The notes under the pieces were generated by a model that was not told the DNA's origin, did no database searches, and was given only the letters and a program-made list of their open reading frames with translations. Of a stretch of DNA of 64,000 nucleotides, positions 1 through 10,509 are shown one piece after another. Position 1 is the first letter of the stretch, and every line of letters begins with the position of its first letter. A program made the translations under genes and the position numbers. Source of the DNA: Candidatus Marinacidobacterales bacterium (GTDB taxonomy: Bacteria; Acidobacteriota; Vicinamibacteria; Marinacidobacterales; SMYC01); NCBI GenBank assembly GCA_965237955.1, contig OZ250169.1:3808001-3872000 (forward strand), given 5' to 3'.

Positions 1-445
1 GCTCGTCCAACTGGATCAAGTGAGACTGTCCGCCAGCGAGCGTGAGCTTCATCGTCCTCCAGTCGGGAAGCTCGAGCGCGGTCTGTCGGACCATCCTGAC
101 GCCATCGAACTGGATGTTGCCGGCGATACGCCCGTAGCCGAACCCCTCGAGCTCCAACCCCTCGACAGATTCCCACCGGATGAGAGTGTCGAGGTCGGGT
201 GGAACTTTGAGCGTCAACCCTTCCGGGGCGACTTCGAGACGGTAGCCGGTCATTGATGGATAGTCCTTGGCGACGAGCCACCCCGCAGTGGCGAGAAGCG
301 CCACGCCGACGAGGATCGAACCGGGCTTCGCGCCTCATGTGGAGACGATCCAAAGGGCGATCACGGCGATCGCCGCTGAGCGGCCGAACACGACGATACG
401 GTTGAACTGCGTATCGAAGTGGATGACCACGTCGTCGCTCGCCAT
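1..445 (-). pseudogene. Membrane protein with an in-frame TGA (335-337); runs off the window edge
   Basis: MASDDVVIHF...IALWIVST* continues in frame as GAKPGSILVGVALLATAGWLVAKDYPSMTGYRLEV..., with two hydrophobic segments. Confidence 0.5.
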
Positions 446-608
446 GCGGGAGGAGCCGTGCCCGACGGGCTCGCCAATCTGCTCCGAGACGAGGCAGCCG
501 GCTGCCGTGACGACAAGAAGGCAACAAGCGAGGAACCATTTGGGGGTCATCCATCCAGTTTGGAACCCGACTTGCCGGACGTCAACCGTCACGGCTATTC
601 TCACGCCC

Positions 609-1756
609 ATGAAAACATTGCCGCTCGTAGCCCTATTGGCTTCCATCCCGGCGACCGCTCAAGAAGACTGGCCGACTCATGGCGGCGATCCCGGCGGAAT
701 GAAGTACTCGAGCTTGTCGCAAATCACGAGCGACAACGTGGACCAGCTCAAGCTCGTGTAGACGTGGGAGACCGGAGATGCTCCCATCCCCGCGGCGAAA
801 ATCGCGTTCCGGAATACCGAGATCAAGCCGGGCAAGTTCCAGGGCACACCGGTGATGGTGGACGCTAAGCTCTTCATCGCTACTTCCTACACCCAGGTTG
901 CAGCGCTCCAGCCGGAAACAGGAAAGGAGCTTTGGCGTTACGACCCTCGAGCCTACGAGTGGGGCATGCTCCCTCGCGGCTGCGGGTTTAGAGCGGCCGG
1001 TTCCCGCGAGCGACGTGCCCTGGGAGCGTCTCGCGACCACTCAGCCCTTCCCTACCAAACCCCCGCCGTTCGGGCGGCAGGGCTTCACCGAAGACGACCG
1101 CGTTGATTTCACTCCGGAGATCAAAGCCAAGGCGCTCGAAGCCATCAAAGGCCTACGGCTCGGTGACATCTTCACCCCGCCGTCGCTCGAGGGAACGCTT
1201 CTCATGCCGGGCGTTTGGGGCGTCGCAAATTGGGGCGGCGCGGCGTTCGACCAGGAGACCGCCATCCTCTACGTCAAGGCGACCAACTGGCCTTTCGTTT
1301 TCAAAGTCGGAAAGCCCAAGACCGGGACGGCCGACGGTTCAGATCGAAGACGGCATTCCGATCCACAAACCGCCCTACTCGACGCTCACCGCGATCGACC
1401 TGAACGGCGGCGAGCACGTGTGGCAGATCCCGCTCGGTGACACGCCGTCCCTGCGGGAGCATCCTTTATTAAAGGATGTCGATTTGCCGCCTCTCGGCGT
1501 CGGGCCGCCGCAACACGGTCAGTCGGGCCCTCTCGTGACCGCGGGCGGGCTCGTGTTCATCAGCGCGTCGAGCCCTTACCTGTACGCCTTCGACAAAGCG
1601 AACGGAGAGCTCGTATGGCAAACTGAATTGGGCGGCGGCGGATTCGGAAACCCCATGACCTATCAATCGCGCTCCGGACGTCAGTTCATCGTCATCGCTA
1701 CGTCGCAATCAGACGGAAGCGAGGCCAAGTTGATGGCGTTCGCACTCGAGCCATGA
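609..1756 (+). pseudogene. PQQ-dependent (quinoprotein glucose dehydrogenase-like) dehydrogenase, disrupted
   Basis: Signal peptide then DWPTHGGDPGGMKYSSLSQIT and an in-frame TAG at 759-761. FQGTPVMVD...TGKELWRYDP is followed by a large internal deletion near 985. The C-terminal parts (GVANWGGAAFD; KPPYSTLTAIDLNGGEHVWQIPLG; GPLVTAGGLVFI; NPMTY) lie in different frames. Confidence 0.85.
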
Positions 1757-2751
1757 CTGCGCTCGCCGCCGTCGTTGCTCTTTTCCTGAGCCAAACACTT
1801 GACGCCGAGATTGTGCGCGTGTCCGTCGTCCGCGAGTCGAACGACGAAGTCGAGCTCCAGATCACGTACCGGCTAGCGCGAGTGCGCGAGGAGACGTCCC
1901 TCGGTGCCATCACGATGTTCGCGGGAAGCTCCACCAGTCATTGGTCGTACCAGACGGCGACGCTCGAGCCCGGTACCCACGAGGCGACGGTCACGGTGGG
2001 TCGGAACGCTGACGCGCCGCCGGTGTACCGCTCGGACAGCTTCAAGATCTCGATGTGGGGCGGAGCGCGTCTCGACTACACCTACCCGTTCGAAAAGCTC
2101 TGGTGCGCACAAGCGAGTGCGTGTCACGATGGCATGCTGGTGGCGGCACGAAACGCGCCGCTCGAAGAGCGGCTTACCTCGGTCCTTCCGTCGATCCGCG
2201 CTCAGGCGATCGCCGAAGCCGATGGACTCGACGACGAGCAAAAGCGTGAGCTCTTGCCGGGAGTTGTCGAACGCGTTCATCACGCCGAGCTTGATGTCCG
2301 CTTCAACGCTTTACGTCTTCTACAAGATTGGCAATTCAAGGATCCGATGCTCACCGTCCCTCTCGTCGAGGCGATGTCAGACCCCCACCCCGGTATCTCA
2401 CGCGTCGCGACGTCCGTGTTGACACGACTCGCCGAGCCGTCGGACACGCTTGCCGAAGACGCTTTGAAGCGCGCGGCTCAGTCGGCCGACGAGTCCACCA
2501 GGCGCTATGCCGAGGAAGGCCTCGCTCGACTCGAGCGAGACAGGAAACTTGCGCTGAAACCCAAGCTCGAGGGACCCACGCCCGATAACGAAGCCGACTG
2601 CATCGAGAGGGGCGGCCGCTGGGGGCGATTCGGTCTCTATTTGATTCCCGAATGCAACTTGCCGGCGACGATTCAAGAGCTCGCGTTCCGCTGGTCGTAC
2701 CGGGATAGTTTCGCGCCGGCCAAGGTGCGCGGGCAGGTCGAGGTGTTTTGA
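1753..2751 (+). CDS. Secreted HEAT-repeat protein; C-terminus probably truncated or chimeric
   Basis: N-terminal signal peptide; HEAT-like helices (DVRFNALRLL, DPHPGISRVATSVL, DESTRRYAEEGL); Cys-containing tail CIERGGRW...CNLP. Confidence 0.55.
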   Translation: MTALAAVVALFLSQTLDAEIVRVSVVRESNDEVELQITYRLARVREETSLGAITMFAGSSTSHWSYQTATLEPGTHEATVTVGRNADAPPVYRSDSFKISMWGGARLDYTYPFEKLWCAQASACHDGMLVAARNAPLEERLTSVLPSIRAQAIAEADGLDDEQKRELLPGVVERVHHAELDVRFNALRLLQDWQFKDPMLTVPLVEAMSDPHPGISRVATSVLTRLAEPSDTLAEDALKRAAQSADESTRRYAEEGLARLERDRKLALKPKLEGPTPDNEADCIERGGRWGRFGLYLIPECNLPATIQELAFRWSYRDSFAPAKVRGQVEVF

Positions 2752-2799
2752 TGACATTCCGGAGGGCTGGCCGGTGATGTCTGTCGTGAGAGAGCCCAA

Positions 2800-3899
2800 T
2801 TGGACAAGCGCCTCTTGTTGCTGAAAGAGCTTCTCGAGAGAAACGGCGAAAAGCTTATGCCGGAACGGGAGCTCGCCTCACCGTTCGGCCATGGCTATCC
2901 CGTCGCGCGCCAGGTGCTCGAGACCTCTGTCGGTAAGGAAACGGAGGACTTGGAGTGGCTTTCGAACGGCGGTTACCTGGAGCGGCAGTTCTTCGACAAG
3001 ATTCACCTGTGCCCTTATTGCTCGCACTACGCCATCAACTTCCACGAAGTCTGCCCGCGCTGCAGGAGTGCCGACACGGGTATCGTCGAGATGGTGCACC
3101 ACTTTCGATGCGGCACGGTGGCGCCGGAGGCCGAGTTCCGAAACGGCGCACGCTTTACCTGCCCCAAGTGCCGTCGTCCGCTCCGGCACTTGGGGGTCGA
3201 TTACGAACGTCCGAGCGCGAGCTACGTTTGTGGAGGGTGTCGTCACCTCTTCCTCGATCCGCCAGTGTCATGCCGGTGCCTGAACTGCAGCGAGGAGTTC
3301 GACGTGGCAAAGGCGAAACTGCATAGCGTCTATTCGTACTCTCTTTCCGAGAACGGCGCCATCGCGGCCTCGCGAGAAAGGCTCGAGGACGGGCCCGCCT
3401 CTGGAAAATTTGTCGATGAAGAGCTGGCCATCTACAGCTTCGAATTTTTCGAAGAGCAGCTTGGCCAGGAGGTTCGAAAGTCGGAGCGCTACGAAAGGCC
3501 GGTTTCGGTAATGGTGGCTGGGCCCGACAATCTCACCGAATATCAGGATCTTCACGGAACGGAGGCTGCGGCGCGCTGCTGGCGGGACATCATGCAAGTG
3601 GCAAGGGAAGAGCTCAGGGACTGCGATATCCCTGCCCGCGCGCACGGCGGAGTTTCGTGGCGCTTCTCCCGGATACACCGCTCGCAGGCGCCCAGGTAGC
3701 GGCAAACCGCATCCTGGAACGGGTCCGGAATCTCGGCAACGTAGCCGCGGGCGTGACTCTGTCCGTAGGGCTTTCGAGCCTGTCTCCCGACACCCGGGGT
3801 ACCGAGCAACTGCTCTCCCTCGCGCAAGAGAGACTCGAGCGCGCTCGTGCGGCGGGTGGAGACGGCGTCGAGCCCGAGGCGACGGAGGACAACGCGTGA
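2800..3899 (+). pseudogene. TackOD1-like multi-zinc-ribbon domain plus GGDEF-like domain, frameshifted near 3650
   Basis: CPYC..CPRC..HFRCG..CPKC..LRHLGVDY..CGGC..CRCLNC array. GGDEF-fold motifs (SERYERPVSVM, LRDCDIPAR, VALLPDTPLAGAQVAANRI, VTLSVGLS) are split over two frames, and the GGDEF motif itself is degenerate. Confidence 0.7.
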
Positions 3900-6235
3900 A
3901 ACAAGGAGCGTGCCGGACACGTGCGTGGGTGATGCTCGCGCTCGCGCTCTGGGGTCTGAGTGGCTGCGCGAGCCCCCGGGTTTCGGTTCCCGCCCTCCCC
4001 GCCTCGTCCCAGGTCGAGCCCTTCGAGCGAGCTTTGATGTCCTACGTTCGTGCGGAGCGCCCCCCGACGGAGGAAGCTCTTTTCGCGGCCATCGAGCGAG
4101 AGCCGTACGACGAACGGGCCCGGGAGCTTTTACGTGCTCTGTGGGACGAGCACGGTAAGGGCTCGAGAGAGGCTCCGTTGCCACCCGATATGGCCATCGA
4201 CCAGGTACAGAGTCCGCTCGAGCCGTCGCGATTGATGCGTCTCGTTCTCGGAAGGAATGTCGAGGTGCGCCAAGCCGTCTATGGCGTGGTCGAGGCACGC
4301 GGACGGCTCCGGGAAGCGAATGTAAGCGTCACGCCAGAGTTTCGGCTTCTCACCCGATTTCACCCCGTAGGGATATTCGCTTCGCTCACCCAATCGATCT
4401 TCGGTGGCATGTGGCAACGCAAGGCCGAGATGCGCGAGGCCGAGGCGCTCGTGGTGGAGGCGCTCGCAGAGTACGCCCGCGTGCGGACCGGAATCCAGGA
4501 CCGAGCCCTCGACGCCTATTTCGACCTGCTGGAGGCACAAGAGCTCGCCGAGGTTCTGACGAGAGAGCTCGAAGCGAAAGATGAACGATACCGTGTCGTT
4601 TCCGTTCTAGCACGCTACGGGACAGCGCTGGATCGCGACGTGCTGGCCGCGCGTCACGATATAGAGACGACGCGCCGGCGACGCATCGACGTGGAGCGTC
4701 AGTCAACGCTGGCCGAAGCCACTTTGAATGCTCTTCTGAACCGATATGTAGCCGAGCCGATACCGGTGGCGAGACGGTCGGTTGCCCAAACATCACCCGA
4801 GAGCCTGGAGCGCGCTCTGGCCCTGGCGGAGCAGACTCGAGCAGACATTCGGAAGGCCGAAGCTCGCGCCGAGGGAGGGCGTGCCGGTGAGGACAAGGTG
4901 GCCTCGGCGCTCCCCCGCATCGACCTGCGCGCTTCGTACGGAGAGTCGAGCGAGGAAGGCCGCGGTGACTTCCTGGAAGGCGCGAGCATCGGGATGGTCT
5001 TTGCCACTCCGATTGCGATCTGGCCCCTCAGACAAGCCCGCCTCGATCAGCAGGAGGCCCTGGTGCGCCAACTCGAGCTCGAGCTCGAGAGAGTGGAGCT
5101 AGAGGTCGCGGTGGAAGTCGTCGCAGCCTATGAAGCCCTTGCCACGGCCGAAATGGTGCGGCAGGAGCTTCGGCGGCAGATGGAAGCCGCGCGGGAAGCG
5201 AGGCGAGTCGCCCATGTTGTCGAGCGGTGGGGAGGACAGGGCGGCCGCCTGCTTTCCGTGGAGGCTGAAGTGGCTTCGACCGAGGCCCGCGCCGCGTGGA
5301 TTCGCGGGGATTACGGCGTGCATCGCGCTCGGGTAACCCTCCATCGCGCGGTGGGCGTTTTGCCGGAACGACTCGATTTCGAGAACCTTCTCCCTAGCGA
5401 AGCACGTCTACCCGTTGCGACCCGAAATCCGGGGGACGGCCGCGCATTGTGGGTTTGGAGTCCCGACTTTCAGGGCTCCTCCGCGGAGAGGGAGTTCTTC
5501 CTTGATTTCGCCGAAGCAAGACAGCTCGGATCGATCTTTCTCTTCGTCTCGCTGCGTGAGCTCGACGAGCATCCCGACCGCTTCCGTTCGTTTCTGAGTC
5601 TCGCCCATGACCGGGGGGTGGCCGTTTCGGCGCTGAACGGCGAGCCCGAATGGACTCGTCCCGGGAAGCGAGCTTCCGCGGATGCCTTTGTCGCAGCCGT
5701 CATCTCCTTCAATCGCTCGGCGGCGCTGGGAGAGCGGTTCGATGGTCTTCACTTGGACGTGGAGCCACACCTCCGATCGGAATGGGACGAGAACAGCGAG
5801 ACGACCATGGCGCACTATGTCGACCTGCTCGAATCGGTTTCGGAGCGGACCCGCCCGGAGCAGCTTCCGTTGGTCGTGGACATCCCAGTTTGGTGGGAGT
5901 CGAGAACGTTTCACGGAGCCTCCTTTCTCGAGAAGATCGCGGTTGTCGCCGACGAGATCGTCGTCATGGCCTATGATCGGCCAGCAGATCGGGTCATCGA
6001 TGATGTGGCCGAGGAAATGGCTTTAACCGCGGCGCTCGGAAAGCGAATGTGGATTGGAGTCCGCGCCAAGCGAGAGGACTTTGCTACCGGAGACGATCTT
6101 CAGCCTGCGGAGTCTCGCCTGGAAGAGCTGCTTTCGAAGATAGCGGAGGCCTATAGCGGGCGCGCGGAGCTCAAGGGTCTGGCCATTCATGATTACGACG
6201 CCTACCGCGAGCTCCTCCTCCACCGCGGGTACTAG
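3896..6235 (+). CDS. TolC-family outer-membrane lipoprotein fused to a C-terminal GH18-like TIM-barrel domain
   Basis: Lipobox LSGC; OEP repeats (DAYFDLLEAQ, LPRIDLRASYG, EVVAAYEAL); C-terminal ~270 aa with RALWVW, AHDRGVAVSAL, FDGLHLDVEP, DEIVVMAY and GLAIHDY. Confidence 0.75.
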   Translation: MKQGACRTRAWVMLALALWGLSGCASPRVSVPALPASSQVEPFERALMSYVRAERPPTEEALFAAIEREPYDERARELLRALWDEHGKGSREAPLPPDMAIDQVQSPLEPSRLMRLVLGRNVEVRQAVYGVVEARGRLREANVSVTPEFRLLTRFHPVGIFASLTQSIFGGMWQRKAEMREAEALVVEALAEYARVRTGIQDRALDAYFDLLEAQELAEVLTRELEAKDERYRVVSVLARYGTALDRDVLAARHDIETTRRRRIDVERQSTLAEATLNALLNRYVAEPIPVARRSVAQTSPESLERALALAEQTRADIRKAEARAEGGRAGEDKVASALPRIDLRASYGESSEEGRGDFLEGASIGMVFATPIAIWPLRQARLDQQEALVRQLELELERVELEVAVEVVAAYEALATAEMVRQELRRQMEAAREARRVAHVVERWGGQGGRLLSVEAEVASTEARAAWIRGDYGVHRARVTLHRAVGVLPERLDFENLLPSEARLPVATRNPGDGRALWVWSPDFQGSSAEREFFLDFAEARQLGSIFLFVSLRELDEHPDRFRSFLSLAHDRGVAVSALNGEPEWTRPGKRASADAFVAAVISFNRSAALGERFDGLHLDVEPHLRSEWDENSETTMAHYVDLLESVSERTRPEQLPLVVDIPVWWESRTFHGASFLEKIAVVADEIVVMAYDRPADRVIDDVAEEMALTAALGKRMWIGVRAKREDFATGDDLQPAESRLEELLSKIAEAYSGRAELKGLAIHDYDAYRELLLHRGY

Positions 6236-6246
6236 ACCCATATGCC

Positions 6247-7433
6247 ATGAGATTGAAGAAGATCGAGGCGATGGCGGAGCCCCGGATTCCCCCCGATCGC
6301 GCGGGCGAAGTGGAGGCACGGCGCCGATTCCGGCTCCGAGTGCTCGGCGTCGTTTCGTTGCTCGTCCTCGCGGTCGTCGTCGTTTGGTGGTGGAAGGGGC
6401 GTTTTGTCTCGACCACGGGAAGGGTGGTGGCATACGAAGTGCTCGTCAACGCGACGGAGCGGGGACGAATCGTGTCTCTTCCCGTCACGGAAGGCGAGCG
6501 TGTCCGGGCCGACGAGGTCGTGGCTCGTCTCGATCCAAAGGAGAGACAGGCGGAGTTGAAGCGAGCCGAGGCGGTTTTGCAGCAAACGCGTTCCCATCTT
6601 GCTGCGCTCGACGAGACCGGACTCGATCCCAACGCCTTCGCCCAGGTCGAGATTTCCAAGCGGGAGCACTTGCAAGCTCGCGAGCGGTTGAGCCGAGCGC
6701 AAGCGGAACTCGAGCAAGCGCAAAAGGAGCTGGCTCGGCTGAGACGATCCGCGGAACGGGTCGATCGAGTATTCTTGCTCAAAGCAGTGACCCGTGCCGA
6801 GTGGGAGGCCGCGCGGGAGGATCTCGACAAGGCGGAAACGCATCACGCCGCGGCCCGCACTCGGGTGGCCGAGGAAGAGGCAGCCCGTTCAGGCGGCCGA
6901 GCGCCTCCTGGAGCGAGCCCGGGAAGCCCTTGCCTTCGCGCGACGGGAGCTCGCCGATGAGCTCGAGGCGCGCCGGATGGCGATCGTTCAGGCCGAAGGA
7001 CAGGTCGAGGCGGGCGCGCGCAGGGCTCGCGGAAACATCCATCCGCGCTCCCCGGGACGGCGTCGTGTCGTGGCTTCCTCGTAGGGTCGGAGAGGTGGTG
7101 GACCAGAACGATATTATCCTGAGCCTGATGGATCCCGACGAAGTCTGGATCGAAGCCTACGTGAGTGGCGAGGAGTTATCTCAGCTGCGGGACGGGCTTC
7201 CGGCGAAGATACATTTTTCGGGCCCCTCACGGGAAATTTTCGATGGACGCCTGCTTCTGCTTCACGCTTCCCCGAGAGCCGATCAGCAGACGGTTCGGGT
7301 GGGGCCGGAAAGGGCGCGCTCCGCGGCTCGGCTCGGAGCATTGCTGCACGCGGTGAAAGTGGTGTTCGAGGGAGAAGCACCCCAAGGACTCTGGCCCGAG
7401 ACGATCGTCCAGGTACGGATCTCGAAACGCTGA
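6247..7433 (+). pseudogene. HlyD-family periplasmic adaptor (membrane fusion protein), frameshifted near 6885 and 7020
   Basis: N-terminal TM helix, GRIVSLPVTEGERVRADEVVARLD lipoyl half and coiled coil; the second half IRAPRDGVV...VWIEAYV is in another frame. Confidence 0.8.
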
Positions 7434-7526
7434 TGTTCCTGCTCGGTTTGCTCCTTGACAGGCAGCGAGATGTAGAGATAGAAACAGGCATGAACGAAGA
7501 CTTTCGACTGCGGTCTGGCAGAGGCC

Positions 7527-8192
7527 GTGACGTTCGCCGCCGGGGGCTGGCTGGGTGCGGGTTCACTTCTCCTGGCCGCCGCTCCCTGTCTGGGGACCCC
7601 GATAAGCTTGGGATCGACGGACTTCGAGTATCTGACCTCTCCTCCTCCGAATTTCCAAACGAGCGGAAACGGTGCGAACGAGCCCATCGGGGACTTCACC
7701 TTTCCGATCCCGCCGGGCCTCTTCGATGCGTCGGGTGATCCCGGATCTTTCGTGGCCACTTCGTTGTCGATTACCTTCACGGTATTCGACGGCGATACCG
7801 CGACCGAGGACGAGCCCGATTTCGGCGATCTGTTTCTCTCCCTCGGAATCCCTGGAACGTCATCGATCCTGGAGTTGCCGCTTCCGCTCGCTGGATTCGG
7901 CGACCAACGTCTGGATACCGCCACCAATACACTCGACCTCGGTGATGAGGTCACAACGGGGCTTGCTCTCGCCGCTTTCCTGTCCGAGACCCAGGGCATG
8001 ATTCTATTCTTCATTCTGGATGCGGACGAAGGGGGTAACCGGCTCACCTTTACCGACGCGCCGGAGGACGACTTCTTCCTGTCCGTTACCCTCGACCAGC
8101 GGATTCCAGAGCCGGCCACGTTGGCCCTTCTAGCGATGGGGATTTTCCTCGCCGCTTGGCATCGACGCCGCAAGATCGCGGCGAGGAGTTGA
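7527..8192 (+). CDS. PEP-CTERM sorting-domain surface protein (start uncertain)
   Basis: C-terminal IPEPATLALLAMGIFLAAWHRRRK; acidic, Ser/Thr-rich body. Confidence 0.85.
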   Translation: MTFAAGGWLGAGSLLLAAAPCLGTPISLGSTDFEYLTSPPPNFQTSGNGANEPIGDFTFPIPPGLFDASGDPGSFVATSLSITFTVFDGDTATEDEPDFGDLFLSLGIPGTSSILELPLPLAGFGDQRLDTATNTLDLGDEVTTGLALAAFLSETQGMILFFILDADEGGNRLTFTDAPEDDFFLSVTLDQRIPEPATLALLAMGIFLAAWHRRRKIAARS

Positions 8193-8209
8193 GACGAAAA
8201 GGCCTCGAG

Positions 8210-8483
8210 TTAAAGCCCGTCATCGTCCTTTTCGAGCGCTCGCTTGCCAAGCTGATCTCGAAGAATACGATTCTCGGTGACGAGGTACTCGTTGCGCAGG
8301 AGCAGTTCTCGGTCGACCGATCCGGTGATGTACGCCAGCATGGTCTTCCAGTCCATTGGTCTCCCCGGAGAACTGGAGTAACTACCTGACCACGGCCTGT
8401 GATTCAACCGGTCTAACGGGCAGAGGCCGAACCCTCTCAAACTGCTCTACGAGGCGCGCGTTTGAGTTTGTTGACCAGACGGG
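8210..8483 (-). mobile_element. Remnant left end and N-terminus of an integrase-core transposase element
   Basis: MDWKTMLAYITGSVDRELLLRNEYLVTENRILRDQL is a typical N-terminus of this family; truncated after ~45 aa. End-like sequence GAGTTTGTTGACCAGACGGG at ~8464-8483. Confidence 0.6.
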
Positions 8484-8560
8484 CTCGACGATCGTTCGAG
8501 GTACTTGCTTGAACTACGTCGAAGACGGCAAAGTCAACGGCACTATCTGCGTCGATTGAG

Positions 8561-9505
8561 CTAGGGGTAGCTGGCGACCCCAACCGTCCGCTCTTCGGGA
8601 GAAAGGCTCTCGGTACGCTCGACGACGAGCGTGCCGGTGCCTTCGTTGGTAAAGACCTCGAGGAGTAGGCTGTCCGCCTCGTTGAAGTTGATGATGTGCA
8701 CGCGCCTGACGCCCCCAGTGAGCGCTGCTTCGATCGAGGCCGCCTTGGGCATCATCCCCTCGGCAAGGCTTCCCTTTTCACGTAGGGCTCTCAAGCCGGC
8801 AAGATCGAGATAGGACACGAGCGAGTCCGGATCCGAGGCGTCTTCGAGAATACCCGGAGCGCCGGTGGCGAGGATGAGTTTTTCCGCCTTCAACGAAACG
8901 GCGAGGGCGGCGGCAACCGTGTCCGCATTGATATTGAGAAGCGTCCCGGAGCTGTCGGCGGACAGAGGGCTCACGACCGGCAACAACCCGAGCCCCAACT
9001 GCTTTTCGAGCACGTCGACTTCGACGCCTTCAATGTCGCCGACGAAGCCGAAATCGACTGGAGCTTCTTTCTCGCGCATGACCACCGGCGGGCGCTTCGA
9101 CGCTTTGATGAGACCGGCATCGACACCGCTGATCCCAACGGCGGGTACTTGAAGGTCACGGCACGCCGCGAGGATGCGGGTGTTGATGAGCCCATTCAAA
9201 ACCATCGTCGTCACTTCGAGAGATTCCTCGTCGGTGACGCGCCGGCCCTGGACCATGCGGGTGTCGACGCCGAGCGCTTTCGCGAGCTCGGTCGCTTGCG
9301 GCCCTCCGCCGTGAACGAACACGATACGGATCCCGAGTTGATGCAGGAGCGCAACCTGTTCGATGAGGGCGCGGGTCGACGTTTTGCTGGCGAAGATGGC
9401 GCCGCCCGCCTTCACGACAAACGTCTTGCCTTTGTACATGCGGATGTACGGCGCAGCCTGCTTGAGCGCCGTGACGACGATCGCCCGTTCCGTCGCGGCT
9501 TTCAC
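8561..9505 (-). CDS. argB: Acetylglutamate kinase (AAK domain only)
   Basis: PYIRMYKGKTFVVKAGG, VHGGGPQ, GRRVTD, LNINADTVA and GMMPKA motifs; GTG start overlaps the argF' stop. Confidence 0.95.
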   Translation of the reverse strand: MKAATERAIVVTALKQAAPYIRMYKGKTFVVKAGGAIFASKTSTRALIEQVALLHQLGIRIVFVHGGGPQATELAKALGVDTRMVQGRRVTDEESLEVTTMVLNGLINTRILAACRDLQVPAVGISGVDAGLIKASKRPPVVMREKEAPVDFGFVGDIEGVEVDVLEKQLGLGLLPVVSPLSADSSGTLLNINADTVAAALAVSLKAEKLILATGAPGILEDASDPDSLVSYLDLAGLRALREKGSLAEGMMPKAASIEAALTGGVRRVHIINFNEADSLLLEVFTNEGTGTLVVERTESLSPEERTVGVASYP

Positions 9506-10509
9506 GAAGCCTCCCTCAAAATCTCGTACAGCACGGCCATCTGCGCCCACATGCGGTTTTTCGCCTGGTGAATGACGACGCTCCGCGGTCCTTCGAGCAC
9601 TTCTTCGGTCACGACGACGCCGCGGCGCACGGGAAGGCAATGCATGAACCGGCAATCCGAAGCGGCACCGTCGAACCAGCTTTTCTCCACGCGCCACCCG
9701 TAGAGATCCTTCTTCATCTCACGTTCCGCGTCGTCGTCGCCGTAGTGCTTCGCAGACGACCACGCTTTCGCGTAGATGACGGAAGCTTCGGTGAGCGCCT
9801 CGCGGGGATCGTCGCTTTCACCGATCGAGCCACCCGAGCTCGACGCCGACGCGCGCGCCCTGGCCATGACCTTCTCCGGCAGATCGAAACCTTCGGGTCG
9901 CAAGACCGTCACATCCATCCCGCGCATCGCCGCCATCTGGAGCGTCGACGCCGGCACCGCAAGCGGAAGTGCCTTCGGATGATTCGCCCACGAGAGCACG
10001 AACTTTCCCCCGGCGCGAGGGATGTCGAGCTCGTTCATCGTCTTCCAATCAGCGACGCTCTGGCACGGATGGCGGATCGCGGACTCCATATTAATGACGG
10101 GCACCGGCGACAGCTTGGCCATCGCTTGGAAGTCACGGTCTTCGACGTCGTCGTCGAGTGATTTCTTCGCCGCGAACGCGCGGATGCCGAGAGCATCGCC
10201 ATAGGAAGCCAACACCGGAACGGCTTCGCGGATGTGCTCGGCAGCGGCACCGTCCATGGTGACGCCAGCTCGGGTTTCCAGTCCGTGGATCCCGCTGTCG
10301 GGTGAAACGACGAACGAACCGCCGCCGAGGCGCATCATCGCGGCTTGGAACGACGTCGACGTCCGGAGCGACGGGCTGAGAAACAAGAGGGCAAGCACTT
10401 TGCCTTCGAGCGCTCTAGGCTCAGGATGCTCTTCGAGCCGTTGGGCGAGCTCGAGCAGATGCTCGACCGCTTCCGGAGCGAGCTCGCTCAGGTCGTTGAA
10501 GCCAAGCAT
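9502..10509 (-). CDS. argF: N-acetylornithine carbamoyltransferase (AOTCase, ArgF' type)
   Basis: SLRT carbamoyl-phosphate motif, EHIREA, HPCQ, SWANHPKALPLAVP and HCLPVRR, characteristic of the ArgF' subfamily. Confidence 0.9.
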   Translation of the reverse strand: MLGFNDLSELAPEAVEHLLELAQRLEEHPEPRALEGKVLALLFLSPSLRTSTSFQAAMMRLGGGSFVVSPDSGIHGLETRAGVTMDGAAAEHIREAVPVLASYGDALGIRAFAAKKSLDDDVEDRDFQAMAKLSPVPVINMESAIRHPCQSVADWKTMNELDIPRAGGKFVLSWANHPKALPLAVPASTLQMAAMRGMDVTVLRPEGFDLPEKVMARARASASSSGGSIGESDDPREALTEASVIYAKAWSSAKHYGDDDAEREMKKDLYGWRVEKSWFDGAASDCRFMHCLPVRRGVVVTEEVLEGPRSVVIHQAKNRMWAQMAVLYEILREAS

